DNA from: a virus
Virus record (IMG/VR): IMGVR_UViG_3300036851_000172
Span: 9,334 to 73,333 of that record
Length of the DNA: 64,000 nt
Direction: 5' to 3' (one strand)
In this document: piece after piece, positions 1-9,368 of the stretch
How positions within the stretch are numbered: position 1 is the stretch's first letter
Layout: every line of letters starts with the position of its first letter
Made by a program: the position numbers and the translations under genes
The notes under the pieces: generated by a model
What the model was told of the DNA's origin: nothing
Databases searched by the model: none
The model's input: only the letters and a program-made list of their open reading frames with translations

Positions 1-232
1 TCGGGTACGTCGGCGAGAGGATGGATTCATGATTTGTCGTTGCTGTCATGAGCGTCCTGTGCCGAAAGGCTTTCACTACTGCGAGTCATGCGGCGAGGCC
101 TGCCACGCACTTATGCAGGCCGCCGCTCTTTGGTTTGTTTCACGTCTATGTCGTCAATCTGCCGCGCCAACGGCAGACAAGTAGCTACCGTGTCTCCGGT
201 GCTGGGGAATAAGTAGCATCGGGAGTTTCCAA

Positions 233-613
233 ATGGTGGAAGAGCGTTCCATGCGTGCGTTGATAGAAGCTGTGGCCGGTCCGCGCGAGTGGTCGGACAC
301 GCGAGGAAGCTGGCTCAACCGGGCGGCGAGACGCTCAGGGCTGAGCTTCAGAACAATCAAGAGCATCTGGTACGGCCAGATCAGAGATGAGAGCCACCAT
401 GCAGTCAGGCTCCTACGACACACTGCAGAGCAGCGGGCAGCGCAGCAATACGAAACCATCGCCCGCTCTCTCCAGGCTATCGACCCCGAGTTTCATAGTC
501 CGCGCATCACTCAATATCTCGCTCTGGCTCGGGCGCTTCGCGATCTGGAAAGCTCGCAGGGAGCGCGAGAAGGCAATGCGGAAGGTTTTCCGGGGGAAGA
601 TTGGGAGGGATAG
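233..613 (+). CDS. phage early regulatory protein (CII-like position, possible HTH)
   Basis: ORF with GGGAG RBS; HTH-like segment AARRSGLSFRTIKSIWYG; first of a coupled rightward gene run. Confidence 0.5.
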   Translation: MVEERSMRALIEAVAGPREWSDTRGSWLNRAARRSGLSFRTIKSIWYGQIRDESHHAVRLLRHTAEQRAAQQYETIARSLQAIDPEFHSPRITQYLALARALRDLESSQGAREGNAEGFPGEDWEG

Positions 614-907
614 GTGACGGTTTGTTGTCCTACCTGTCATCAGCCTTACCGAGAAACGAGGCTCGGCATTTCAATGCCGCGCCTGAAATCCGAGTTGTTC
701 GATTCGATCAAGCTTGCGGGTGACATCGGCATCACCACAGAAGAACTGTGGGTTATGCATTACAGCAACGCCAAGCGCTCGGCGGCTCCAACCACGATCA
801 AGTCGCATGTCAACCAGATCAATGATCTGCTGGTCGAGACGGATTATGCCATCCGTCCGGATGGGCGCGGAAAGTCAGCACGATGGAAATTGGTAAGGGA
901 GGGATAG
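614..907 (+). CDS. winged-helix DNA-binding protein with N-terminal CPTC
   Basis: CCPTC followed by OmpR-like wHTH pattern ITTEELW...TIKSHVNQINDLL. Confidence 0.55.
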   Translation: MTVCCPTCHQPYRETRLGISMPRLKSELFDSIKLAGDIGITTEELWVMHYSNAKRSAAPTTIKSHVNQINDLLVETDYAIRPDGRGKSARWKLVREG

Positions 908-910
908 GTA

Positions 911-1468
911 GTGGAAGTCATCGAGCAGCCACGTCGGCTCAAGTACTACCTCCACTCTCCGTGGACAGAAACAACAGACAAGTACCTCATTTCTAATTGG
1001 GGGAAGAAGGGCGTTCGTGACATTGCCAATTTCATTGGTGTGACAAAAAGTAGCGCAGCGGGTCGCGCCATGCGACTTGGGCTCAAGCGCCTGCAAGCGC
1101 CGCGGTTCAAGGGGCTTACCAATGGACCCCGGAAGCGACCAGCCCCCAAGCTGGTTCGTGACAAGCCACCCAGGTTGCCGACAAAGGCTGCAACCGATCT
1201 CGCTCCGGACCAATCCAATTGCGCAATCAGCCTGATCGAGGCGAAGCCTCATCAATGCCGGTGGCCGCTGGATGAGCCGACCGCGGCAATGATGGTCTGT
1301 GGCGAAACCAAGTGCGAAGGCTCGTCCTACTGCATCCGGCATCACAACATCGCGTATCGCAAAAACTATGTCGTTGACGAGCAAGACAAAATACGCCGGC
1401 ACCATCACTGGAAGAAGGTTTGCGTTGCAAAGGTAACTCAATTCCTCTCCGAAGAGGCAAATACATGA
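911..1468 (+). CDS. gcrA: GcrA-family cell-cycle regulator (phage A copy)
   Basis: N-terminal W...IA..IGVTKSSAAGRAMRLGL and C-terminal CRWP...VCG...SYC..H signature. Confidence 0.8.
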   Translation: MEVIEQPRRLKYYLHSPWTETTDKYLISNWGKKGVRDIANFIGVTKSSAAGRAMRLGLKRLQAPRFKGLTNGPRKRPAPKLVRDKPPRLPTKAATDLAPDQSNCAISLIEAKPHQCRWPLDEPTAAMMVCGETKCEGSSYCIRHHNIAYRKNYVVDEQDKIRRHHHWKKVCVAKVTQFLSEEANT

Positions 1469-1806
1469 TCACGCTCAATCTTCCGACGCCTCCGAGTACG
1501 AACAACTTGTATTTCAACAGGGGCAAGAGGCGTGCTCCGACCACTGAGCACAAGAACTGGATGGATGAGGCGGCACTCCAAATCATCGCCCAGCGGGTCG
1601 GCCACGTCAAAGGTCCGGTGACACTTGAGTTCGCGGTTGAGGAGAACAAGCGCCGCGACTTGGGGAACTACGAGAAGATCGTGACCGACGCACTGGTGAG
1701 ATACGGCGTGATCGAGGGCGATCGCTGCAAGACCGTGCGCGGGATACTGCTGCGCTGGTCGAGCAATGTGAAAGGAATTCAGGTCTTCATCGAGCAAGCA
1801 GTGTAG
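1465..1806 (+). CDS. rusA: RusA-family Holliday junction resolvase
   Basis: LPTPPSTNNLY start; RRDLGNYEK..TDAL...GVIEGD acidic motif; ATGA overlap with the upstream gene. Confidence 0.8.
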   Translation: MITLNLPTPPSTNNLYFNRGKRRAPTTEHKNWMDEAALQIIAQRVGHVKGPVTLEFAVEENKRRDLGNYEKIVTDALVRYGVIEGDRCKTVRGILLRWSSNVKGIQVFIEQAV

Positions 1807-2282
1807 TGGTCATGAGCAAGGCATGGATGCCGCTCTATATCGGTGATTACAAACGGGACACCGGGCATCTGACCACGCTTGAGCACGGCGCCTACTTCCT
1901 CCTGATCATGCACTACTGGGAGAAAGGGCCATTGCCGAATGATGATGTGCGACTGGCTAGGATTGCCGGGGTTTCGCTGAAGCAATGGTCTTCCCTGCGG
2001 GAAGTAGTCATTTCATTCTTCAGTGAAGCAAATGCTAAGCAATTGCTTCGCCACAAACGCATTGATGAGGAGCTTACCAAAGCCGAAATAATCTCGGCAA
2101 AACGGGCACTTGCGGGTGCCAAGGGCGGCTTCTCCAATCGTGGCAAGACCAACCAAGAACGAAATTACGGGAAAGCATTTGCTAAGCAAAGGGACGACCA
2201 ATCACAATCACATAGTAATCTTTCTTCTATTGCCGAGGCCATGCGCTCGAGAGCGAGAAGGACTTTCGAGGAAGAAAGGTAA
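1806..2282 (+). CDS. YdaU/DUF1376-family replication protein
   Basis: WMPLYIGDYKRDTGHLTTLEHGAYFLLIMHYW...LARIA...HKRIDEEL. Confidence 0.8.
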   Translation: MVMSKAWMPLYIGDYKRDTGHLTTLEHGAYFLLIMHYWEKGPLPNDDVRLARIAGVSLKQWSSLREVVISFFSEANAKQLLRHKRIDEELTKAEIISAKRALAGAKGGFSNRGKTNQERNYGKAFAKQRDDQSQSHSNLSSIAEAMRSRARRTFEEER

Positions 2283-2287
2283 GCAAG

Positions 2288-2473
2288 ATGGATGATGTGC
2301 CCGACTACATCGTGAGAGCCGGCATCCCGAAAAAGAAAGATGAGCGGTATCCGCCAGTTGTGCGTCGTCCTGGGCCGCCCGAGGGCGAGGACTATTTCAC
2401 GCTGACGGAACGGCATGGCCGCCCAGTTGGCGTGTTTGAGCAGCACGGCCGCACCATCCCCTACAAGGGCTGA
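2288..2473 (+). CDS. hypothetical protein
   Basis: Short ORF; C-terminus HGRPVGVFEQHGRTIPYKG resembles the end of 61624-62187. Confidence 0.5.
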   Translation: MDDVPDYIVRAGIPKKKDERYPPVVRRPGPPEGEDYFTLTERHGRPVGVFEQHGRTIPYKG

Positions 2474-2477
2474 CCCC

Positions 2478-3029
2478 ATGCACACAGGACTCTTGATGGC
2501 CAAGCGCAAGAACCGTCTCGTCACCGCCCGCGAGCCCAATGGGCGGATCCAGCGCTCGGTGGAGCGTGAACTGTCGCCCACGGAGGCGCGGCGTCTCAGG
2601 GATGCTGCATTTCGCGGGCTCAGGGATGCGGAGTGGGGAACCGAGCTCGGCCGCATGTGCCTTGAGGGCGCCATCACGTGGACGATGTATTTGGCCGGCA
2701 AGCGCTGGCGGGAGCAGGCAGAAACCTATCGGCGGGCGATCGGGGTCTTCCCGGTCCGGTCGGCCTCGCTTGAGCGTGGCAGTCGCAGCACAACATCCGA
2801 TCCGGATTCCGAGGATGGCCGAAAGCAAGCCCAGCGCGAAGCCAATGGTGCAGAGAGGTTTTTCGAGGCGCATGCTCGCCTCATCACGGCTGGGCCGGTC
2901 GCGGAAAGCATGGTCAGGCTGGTGTGCGAGGAAGACATCTCGGCAGCCAGTTACGTGGAGCGCGTGGCTTTGTGGAAAGGGCTGCGCGCTCTTGTGGACC
3001 ACTACAATTTGACGAAGCAGGAGAAATAG
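2478..3029 (+). CDS. hypothetical protein (late-regulator position)
   Basis: Long ORF in a coupled run; REPNGRIQR...TELGR..L.GAIT pattern; position before the packaging genes. Confidence 0.55.
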   Translation: MHTGLLMAKRKNRLVTAREPNGRIQRSVERELSPTEARRLRDAAFRGLRDAEWGTELGRMCLEGAITWTMYLAGKRWREQAETYRRAIGVFPVRSASLERGSRSTTSDPDSEDGRKQAQREANGAERFFEAHARLITAGPVAESMVRLVCEEDISAASYVERVALWKGLRALVDHYNLTKQEK

Positions 3030-3137
3030 CCTATGTCGTCATTTAGGCAGGTTGGTGATTTGCGCCTGCCCCTCCACACCTACTCACGGTCTGGCCCCCG
3101 CTGTCACAACGGCGGGAGCTGGCTATCTGGAGCATCC

Positions 3138-3290
3138 ATGATGGACCTGACTCAAGCACTCGCCGTTATCGCCTATCTGCATGATGGGTTTGACGATGGC
3201 TACAGCCAGGAGCAAAAGGCGGCATACGATGCTGCCATGGCCATTATCGGGCAGAGCGCGCGGGATATGATTGGGGAACCAGATCAATGA
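3138..3290 (+). CDS. small acidic protein, homolog of 63112-63282
   Basis: MMDLTQALAVIAYLHDGFDDGYSQEQKAAY; near-identical copy at 63112; GGAG RBS. Confidence 0.7.
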   Translation: MMDLTQALAVIAYLHDGFDDGYSQEQKAAYDAAMAIIGQSARDMIGEPDQ

Positions 3291-3505
3291 ATGAAGAGCT
3301 TTTGAAGGCCGAGAATGAAACGCTGCGCGACATGGCTGTCATAACGGCGGGTGCTGGCGTTTGCGGCTGCGGCGCCTGTTCGCCATCCTTCGGGAACTCC
3401 TCAGGAGTCCAACACACATCCGACTGTGCCGTACACAACGCCCCCGCCCTTCCGGTCGGGCCTTGTGACTGCGGTGGGCGGACGCCACCGGAGCCAAATA
3501 GTTAG
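3287..3505 (+). CDS. Cys/His-rich small phage protein
   Basis: HTSDCAVHNAPALPVGPCDCG motif; ATGA overlap. Confidence 0.55.
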   Translation: MNEELLKAENETLRDMAVITAGAGVCGCGACSPSFGNSSGVQHTSDCAVHNAPALPVGPCDCGGRTPPEPNS

Positions 3506-3515
3506 ACGGTAAAAT

Positions 3516-3821
3516 ATGGGTAGACCATTAGGCTCACAAAACAAGGACAAGCGCTTCAAGGCGGCCTTGGTCCGATACGTCGATGCCGACCCCAAACGCC
3601 TCGATGAAATGGCTGAAAAGCTGTGGCTCAAAGCCATGGGCGGCGATGTCGTGGCGATGAAGGAAGTGGCTGACCGTCTCGACGGCAAGGTGGCCCAGCC
3701 AGTCGGCGGCTCTGACGACCTCCCTCCCGTTCAAATCGAAGAAGTGATACGCACCATTGTCGATCCTCGAGATAAAGACAGCGAGGGCGTTCAAGCCCCT
3801 CCTGAGCCCAGCCAGGTATAA
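3516..3821 (+). CDS. terS: putative terminase small subunit
   Basis: GRPLGSQNK...KAMGGDVVAMKEVADRLDGK; directly upstream of and overlapping terL. Confidence 0.7.
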   Translation: MGRPLGSQNKDKRFKAALVRYVDADPKRLDEMAEKLWLKAMGGDVVAMKEVADRLDGKVAQPVGGSDDLPPVQIEEVIRTIVDPRDKDSEGVQAPPEPSQV

Positions 3822-5043
3822 GGGCGCCTACGGCGGGCGCGGCTCCGGTAAGTCGCATTTCTTTGCTGAGCTGTTGGTTGAGCAGTGCATCCGGGAGCCG
3901 GGAACGCGCGCTGTCTGCGTCCGTGAGGTGCAGAAGACACTGGCCGAGTCGAGCAAGCGCACCATCGAGGACAAGATCAGCGCATTGGGCGTTTCGCATC
4001 TATTTGATGTCACCAAGACGGAAATCAAAACACCCGGGGATGGGCTGATCATCTTCCAGGGCATGCAGGACCACAACGCGGAGAGCATCAAATCACTTGA
4101 GGGGTACAAGGTGGCTTGGGTTGAGGAAGCCCAGACCCTGAGTGAGCGCAGCCTGCAGCTGCTGCGGCCCACCATCCGCACAGAGGGATCGGAAATCTGG
4201 TTCTCATGGAATCCGACGCGCAAGAAGGACGCGATCGACAAGTTTCTCAGGCAGGACCCGCCAGCTAACGCCATCGTGGTCAAGGCCAACTGGCGCGACA
4301 ATCCGTTCTGGAACGACACGCTGGAGGGCGAGCGGCAACTTGAACTGACCAAATATCCCGAGCGTTACGAGCATACGTGGGAAGGCGATTATGCGGGTGC
4401 GTTCGAGGGTGCCTACTTTGCCAAGCAACTCTCGGAGGCCAGGCGTCAGGATCGCATTGGCAAGGTGTTTGCTGATCCGTTGTTGCCGCTCCGAGCGTTC
4501 ATAGACATCGGCGGCTCCGGTGCGCTGGCCGATGCCTTCGTGATCTGGATTGTGCAATGGGTCGGCCAGGAAATCCGGGTGCTGGACTACTACGAGTCGG
4601 TGGGTCAGGTGCTGGCCTATCACGTCGATTGGTTGCGCAAGCGTGGATACCAGGAAGCTGTTCTCTACCTGCCACATGACGGCATCAATGAGAACAACGT
4701 GACCGGCAAGAAATACTGGGATCACCTGAGGGAGGCCGAGTTCAAGGTAGAGCCGCCCATCCCTAATCAGGGCAAGGGTGCCGCGGCCATGCGAATCGAG
4801 GCGGTTCGCAGGCTGTTCCCCAAAATCTCTTTCAACGCAGCCACAACGGAGGATGGCCGACAGGCGCTCGGCTTCTACCACGAGAAGCGTGACGAGATGC
4901 GCAACATCGGCCTTGGTCCGGATCATGATTGGAGCTCGCACGCCGCGGATGCGTTTGGTCTGATGGCCATCTGCTACGAAGAGCCGTCGCGGACCAAGTC
5001 GTTTCACCGGCGGATCGAATACGGCCATGCCGGCGTTGTCTAG
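3757..5043 (+). CDS. terL: terminase large subunit, PBSX family
   Basis: Walker A YGGRGSGKS, Walker B WVEEAQ, SWNP coupling motif, nuclease IDIG and HAADAF. Confidence 0.95.
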   Translation: MSILEIKTARAFKPLLSPARYKGAYGGRGSGKSHFFAELLVEQCIREPGTRAVCVREVQKTLAESSKRTIEDKISALGVSHLFDVTKTEIKTPGDGLIIFQGMQDHNAESIKSLEGYKVAWVEEAQTLSERSLQLLRPTIRTEGSEIWFSWNPTRKKDAIDKFLRQDPPANAIVVKANWRDNPFWNDTLEGERQLELTKYPERYEHTWEGDYAGAFEGAYFAKQLSEARRQDRIGKVFADPLLPLRAFIDIGGSGALADAFVIWIVQWVGQEIRVLDYYESVGQVLAYHVDWLRKRGYQEAVLYLPHDGINENNVTGKKYWDHLREAEFKVEPPIPNQGKGAAAMRIEAVRRLFPKISFNAATTEDGRQALGFYHEKRDEMRNIGLGPDHDWSSHAADAFGLMAICYEEPSRTKSFHRRIEYGHAGVV

Positions 5044-5075
5044 GTGCTTCGACAAGCGCTCAGCAGGAGAACACC

Positions 5076-5252
5076 ATGACCGACAAACCCAAGACTCGTG
5101 AGATTGCACTGAAGATCATCGCCGACACGTTCTGTGAGGGCCCGTCCGGCACCGTCGGTGGGGAGTTGGGCGAGGCCATCATGCAGAACCTGGAGGCCGG
5201 CGGCTTCAACTTCACGCACGTGCATCCACCCAAGGCCAGCGAGCACCGCTGA
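5076..5252 (+). CDS. hypothetical protein
   Basis: AGGAG RBS, 58 aa, stop overlaps next ATG. Confidence 0.5.
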   Translation: MTDKPKTREIALKIIADTFCEGPSGTVGGELGEAIMQNLEAGGFNFTHVHPPKASEHR

Positions 5253-5425
5253 TGGGTCGTACGCAGTTTCTCAAACTGGTCGCACTGGTCGGGTATGACA
5301 CTGCCGTGCAAATCGTCGCGCTGAAACTCGGATACGATGAAGCAACTCAGATCGAAGTTGCGCGGACTCTCCTGCCGGATGGTTATGAGAAGCAGGACCT
5401 CATTGAGAAGCTGGGGCTGAATTAA
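5252..5425 (+). CDS. hypothetical protein (57 aa, not in ORF track)
   Basis: MGRTQFLKLVALVGYDTAVQ...; TGATG and TAATG overlaps at both ends. Confidence 0.5.
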   Translation: MGRTQFLKLVALVGYDTAVQIVALKLGYDEATQIEVARTLLPDGYEKQDLIEKLGLN

Positions 5426-5997
5426 TGGCCAAGATGTCCAATGGTGACCTGAAAGCACTGTTGGCGAACGAGAAGGCCTCGGCCCTGTCCGGCATGGCCT
5501 CGTCCAAGCTCAGCGAGGATCGCTCCAAGGCGATGGATTATTACCTCGGCGACATGTCGCGCGATCTGCCGGCGCAGGACGGCCGCTCCAGCGCTGTTTC
5601 CACCGATGTCAGCGATACGGTCGAGGGCCTGATGCCGACGCTGATGGACATCTTCACCTCGGGGGATGAGGTGGTAAAGTTCGACCCGGTCGGGCCGGAG
5701 GATGTCGAGGCGGCCGAACAAGAAACTGACTACATTAACCACGTTTTCATGGAGAAAAACCCCGGCTTCCTCACGCTGTACTCGTTCATCAAGGATGCGC
5801 TGCTGTCCAAGGTTGGCGTGGTCAAGGTGTGGTGGGAATGCGAGGAGCGCGAGGAGCGCCAGACGTTTTACGACCTTGATGATCAGCAGTTTGCGATGAT
5901 TGCGGCCGAGGTTGGGGACGAATACGAGATCGTCGAGCACACGATCAAAGACAGGCCTGGTGAAGATGCTGGCACCAAATCCGCAAGCTCTTACTGA
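5425..5997 (+). CDS. portal protein, N-terminal part
   Basis: AMDYYLG...GRSSAVSTDVSDTVEGLMPTL...FDPVGPEDVEAAEQETDYINHVF...KDALLSKVGVVKVWW, P22-like portal N-terminus. Confidence 0.85.
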   Translation: MAKMSNGDLKALLANEKASALSGMASSKLSEDRSKAMDYYLGDMSRDLPAQDGRSSAVSTDVSDTVEGLMPTLMDIFTSGDEVVKFDPVGPEDVEAAEQETDYINHVFMEKNPGFLTLYSFIKDALLSKVGVVKVWWECEEREERQTFYDLDDQQFAMIAAEVGDEYEIVEHTIKDRPGEDAGTKSASSY

Positions 5998-7822
5998 GGC
6001 CGCCCCGAAGTGGCATGATGTCACCGTTGTATGCAAGACCAAGTACGAGTGCGCGCACGTCTGCGGGGTGCCGCCCGAGGAGTTCGGCATCAGCTCGTCG
6101 GCGCGCAACATCAAGGATGCCGGCTACGCCTACCACGAGATGGTGGACAAGTCCGAGTCCGACCTGATCGAGCAGGGCTATGACGAGGACTGTATCAAGG
6201 CATTGCCCAGCTACAGCGGGGATAGCACCGGCGTCGAGCAGCAGTCGCGCGATACGGTGGACGAACGCCAAAGTAGCTTGGGGGATGACGGCTTCAATCC
6301 GGCCAATCGCAAAATAAAGATCACCGAGCACTATGTGAAGATGGACTATGAGGGGGACGGAAAGGCCCGCCTCTACCGGGTGACGACGGGCGGCGATGAC
6401 GGGGTGATCCTGACCCGCAGCGGCGAGGATGATGTTGTAGAGGTCGATCACATCTGCTTTGCAGCGATGACGCCGGTGATTGTGACGCACCGGTTCTTCG
6501 GCCGGTCTATTGCGGACCTAGTCATGGATATCCAGCGCATCAAGACGGCTGTGGTTAGGGGGCTGCTCGACAATCTGTACATGCACAACATGCCGCGTCC
6601 GGTGGTGTCGGAGCAGGGTGCCGGCGACAGCACGCTTGATGATCTCTTGGTGGCCCGCCACGGGGCGGTCATTCGTGTCAAGGGCGATGCGCAAGCGGCC
6701 ATACAGTGGCAGCAGGTGCCTGACATTACCGGAGCGTGCTATCCCGCCCTGCAGTATTTCGATGCAACGCGTGAGTGGCGCACTGGTGTATCAAGACAGG
6801 GCCAAGGCGTAGACCCGGAGGCATTGCAAAATCAGGTCGCGACCATCGCGAACCAGATGTACAACGCCTCGCAGGCCAAGGTGAAGCTGATCGCCCGCAT
6901 CTTTGCGGAGACCGGCATTCGGGATTTGTTCAGCCTGCTGCATGCGACGATCCGGAGACACGGCAGCCAGCCACAGACCGTCCGGCTGCGGAACAAATGG
7001 GTTGAGGTTGACCCGCGGGAGTGGAAATCCCGCGACGACATGACGGTGAAGGTCGGGCTGGGGGACGGGAGCAAACAGGAACAGCTTGCCGGCCTGCAAT
7101 TGCTCATCGGTGCGCAGGAGAAGGCTATCTCGGCCGGTCTGGTGAGCCCAAAGAACCTGTTCAACTCTGGCAAGCAGTTGTGCAAGCTGTTGGGGCACAA
7201 GGATCCGGAGGAGTATTTCACGGCGCCAGGCAAGCCGGCTGATCCGCAGGACCCCGCTTCCGCGCCGATCCCGCCGCCAAAGGACCCGAAGCTTATTGAG
7301 CTCCAAGCCAAGAACGAGATCGAGAAGACCCAGGCGCAGGCCGACATTGCCACCAACCGCGACAAGATGAATCAAGAAGCGCAGATGGCGCAGATGAAGT
7401 TCCAGTTCGAGGCTGGACTGGAGGAGCGCCGGTTCGAGCTCGAGAAGGAACTGAAGCTTCTGGATGCGCAGATCAAGATGCAGCAGCATTCGGAGGAGAT
7501 GAACTTCAAGCGCGAGGCGCACTCGCAGACCATGCAGCAGAAGACCACCGACCACGCCATGAAGACCGAACAGGCCAAGCAGAAGGCAGAAGAGGGGCCG
7601 AAAGCCGCCATCCAGGTCAAGCACAGCGCGGATGAATTGACCGGCCCATTGGGCGAGATGCTGTCGCAATTCAGCAAGGCCCTTGCGGAGCAGTCAGACC
7701 GGCAGTCCGAGAGCATGAAGCAGCAAAGCGAGGCGATGGCGGCGGCGCTGAAGCAGATGAGCGCGCCGCGTCGGGCACGGAAGAACAAAGACGGCAGCTG
7801 GCAGACGGAGATGATGCAGTGA
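5966..7822 (+). CDS. portal protein, C-terminal part (different frame)
   Basis: VPPEEFGI...HRFFGRSIADLVMDIQRIKT...TGVSRQGQG...IARIFAETG; Gln/Glu-rich coiled-coil barrel. Confidence 0.85.
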   Translation: MLAPNPQALTEAAPKWHDVTVVCKTKYECAHVCGVPPEEFGISSSARNIKDAGYAYHEMVDKSESDLIEQGYDEDCIKALPSYSGDSTGVEQQSRDTVDERQSSLGDDGFNPANRKIKITEHYVKMDYEGDGKARLYRVTTGGDDGVILTRSGEDDVVEVDHICFAAMTPVIVTHRFFGRSIADLVMDIQRIKTAVVRGLLDNLYMHNMPRPVVSEQGAGDSTLDDLLVARHGAVIRVKGDAQAAIQWQQVPDITGACYPALQYFDATREWRTGVSRQGQGVDPEALQNQVATIANQMYNASQAKVKLIARIFAETGIRDLFSLLHATIRRHGSQPQTVRLRNKWVEVDPREWKSRDDMTVKVGLGDGSKQEQLAGLQLLIGAQEKAISAGLVSPKNLFNSGKQLCKLLGHKDPEEYFTAPGKPADPQDPASAPIPPPKDPKLIELQAKNEIEKTQAQADIATNRDKMNQEAQMAQMKFQFEAGLEERRFELEKELKLLDAQIKMQQHSEEMNFKREAHSQTMQQKTTDHAMKTEQAKQKAEEGPKAAIQVKHSADELTGPLGEMLSQFSKALAEQSDRQSESMKQQSEAMAAALKQMSAPRRARKNKDGSWQTEMMQ

Positions 7823-8073
7823 AAACTGTGGACGTTTGGAATGGCCACTACGGGACATTTAAAGTTCCGGCAGATGTACCGCGATTGTTTCGCATAGATG
7901 GCTGGATTGATAGCCGCCACAAGCTATCAGGCTATCTTAACCAGTATTTCTACGAAATGGACTATCGCATGCGGGATAATCTTCCCATCCAGTCGTGGTC
8001 AGAATGGATTGGGCCTGGCGCGCTATGGTTCTGGGCGGATGACGCATGCCCACCTACACACTCAGCGGTGTAA
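7819..8073 (+). CDS. hypothetical protein, Trp/Tyr-rich, lower GC
   Basis: GTGA overlap with the portal stop. Confidence 0.45.
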   Translation: MKTVDVWNGHYGTFKVPADVPRLFRIDGWIDSRHKLSGYLNQYFYEMDYRMRDNLPIQSWSEWIGPGALWFWADDACPPTHSAV

Positions 8074-8339
8074 CCCGAGATGCGACCGGCAATCCACTGC
8101 CGAGCGTGGTGGTCGAGGTCTATGACACCGCATCCAATGCGTATCTCGGCACGGCGACATCGGACGGCGTCGGCGCCTATACAGCGACGCTGTCCAGCAG
8201 CACGTCGGCTTGCTTTGCTGTTGGGTATCTAGTCGGCAGTCCTGACGTAGCGGGAACAACGCTTAACAACCTAGTGCCAGTCGAGATACCAGATCCGGGG
8301 GCGGGCGCCGGGCAGTCTTGGTATTATCTGGGGTTCTGA
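8046..8339 (+). CDS. small beta-sandwich protein (carboxypeptidase-regulatory-like/prealbumin fold)
   Basis: LSGVTRDATGNPLPSVVVEVY...ATSDGVGAY pattern. Confidence 0.6.
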   Translation: MPTYTLSGVTRDATGNPLPSVVVEVYDTASNAYLGTATSDGVGAYTATLSSSTSACFAVGYLVGSPDVAGTTLNNLVPVEIPDPGAGAGQSWYYLGF

Positions 8340-8340
8340 C

Positions 8341-8730
8341 ATGTGGCAGCCAATCGAGACGGCACCGAAGGACGGCAGTCTTATTTTGATTCTGCAGTAC
8401 GAGTATAGCTATCCACGCGCCGAAATAGTTCGCTGGGAGACCGACGAAGAGGGTAATTGGGAGCCGGGGCCGGAAGGGGGAACGTGGGCTTGTCCGTATG
8501 AGGCCGATTTTGAATATGGGCAGACAGCTAAATATTGGATGCCGTTGCCCGCTATACCTCCCGTCCCCTGTGAGTCTGAAGAGGCAAAATTAACACGCGA
8601 ACGGGAGCAGCGTGAGTTTGCAGAATCCATGAAAATCTACGTGGAAAGTGTAAAATATGACGAGGATCATCCTGAGGAAGTGATTCAGCGCCGAATGGCA
8701 GCACAGAGTCCTCTGTATGAGCCCAGCTAG
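8341..8730 (+). CDS. DUF551-like protein
   Basis: WQPIETAPKDG...YWMPLP. Confidence 0.7.
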   Translation: MWQPIETAPKDGSLILILQYEYSYPRAEIVRWETDEEGNWEPGPEGGTWACPYEADFEYGQTAKYWMPLPAIPPVPCESEEAKLTREREQREFAESMKIYVESVKYDEDHPEEVIQRRMAAQSPLYEPS

Positions 8731-8734
8731 ATGA

Positions 8735-9202
8735 ATGAACGACATCTTCCTCTACCCGGTCCCGGCCTTTGCCGATCCGAACGACATCAAGCTTCTCATC
8801 GTCACGTCAGCACAAGGCGGGGTAACCGAGACTCCGCCTGATCCCGGCGGGACGATTGTTGCCGGCTGGTTCTCGCGCGGGAAATGGCACGACCTCAAGG
8901 CGCTCGTTGCGGCCGAGCGTGACGTTCGGGAACGCGCGCGACTCGCCAAGCGCAGGAAAGAGCACGAGGCCCTCCAGCGCGCAGCAGCGCTGGCAAGGGA
9001 AGTCATAGAGCTTGTGCACGAGGCAGAGCTTGAACAGCTAAACCAGTTTGCCCGCATGCAAACGCTCCTCGAGGGCGCGGCGAGGGCGGATAGTTTGGCT
9101 GCACGGGTCAGACAAGCAAATGAGGCATCGGCGCTGGCGTTGGCGCTTATTCGAGAGCTTGAAGAGGAGGAGGAGGCAATAGCCTTCTTCCTGCTGAATT
9201 AA
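8735..9202 (+). CDS. hypothetical protein, coiled coil with acidic C-terminus
   Basis: ORF in a coupled run; ends EEEEEAIAFFLLN. Confidence 0.55.
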   Translation: MNDIFLYPVPAFADPNDIKLLIVTSAQGGVTETPPDPGGTIVAGWFSRGKWHDLKALVAAERDVRERARLAKRRKEHEALQRAAALAREVIELVHEAELEQLNQFARMQTLLEGAARADSLAARVRQANEASALALALIRELEEEEEAIAFFLLN

Positions 9203-9368
9203 TGGCAATTACGCTGTGGTGTAGGGACACAAAGCTGGCTCGATGGCTCAATAACAATCCGCTAGTCGAGCGCTTCTTCGGACAGGAAACGATTACGATT
9301 GTGTACTCCACAGCAAACTCTAGAGGGCTCGAGTGGTGGCCGGTAATTCCCGGAGCTAGGGACAACTG

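Noticed and set aside
2475-2483. Match of spacer cccatgcac within phage A as a self or competitor target
   Set aside because: Only 9 nt match and the flanks do not match the partner spacer, so it is expected by chance. No full 18-nt target was seen by eye and the search was not exhaustive.
4204-7669. Long minus-strand ORFs opposite terminase and portal
   Set aside because: Antisense shadows of strongly codon-biased genes with no recognisable motifs.
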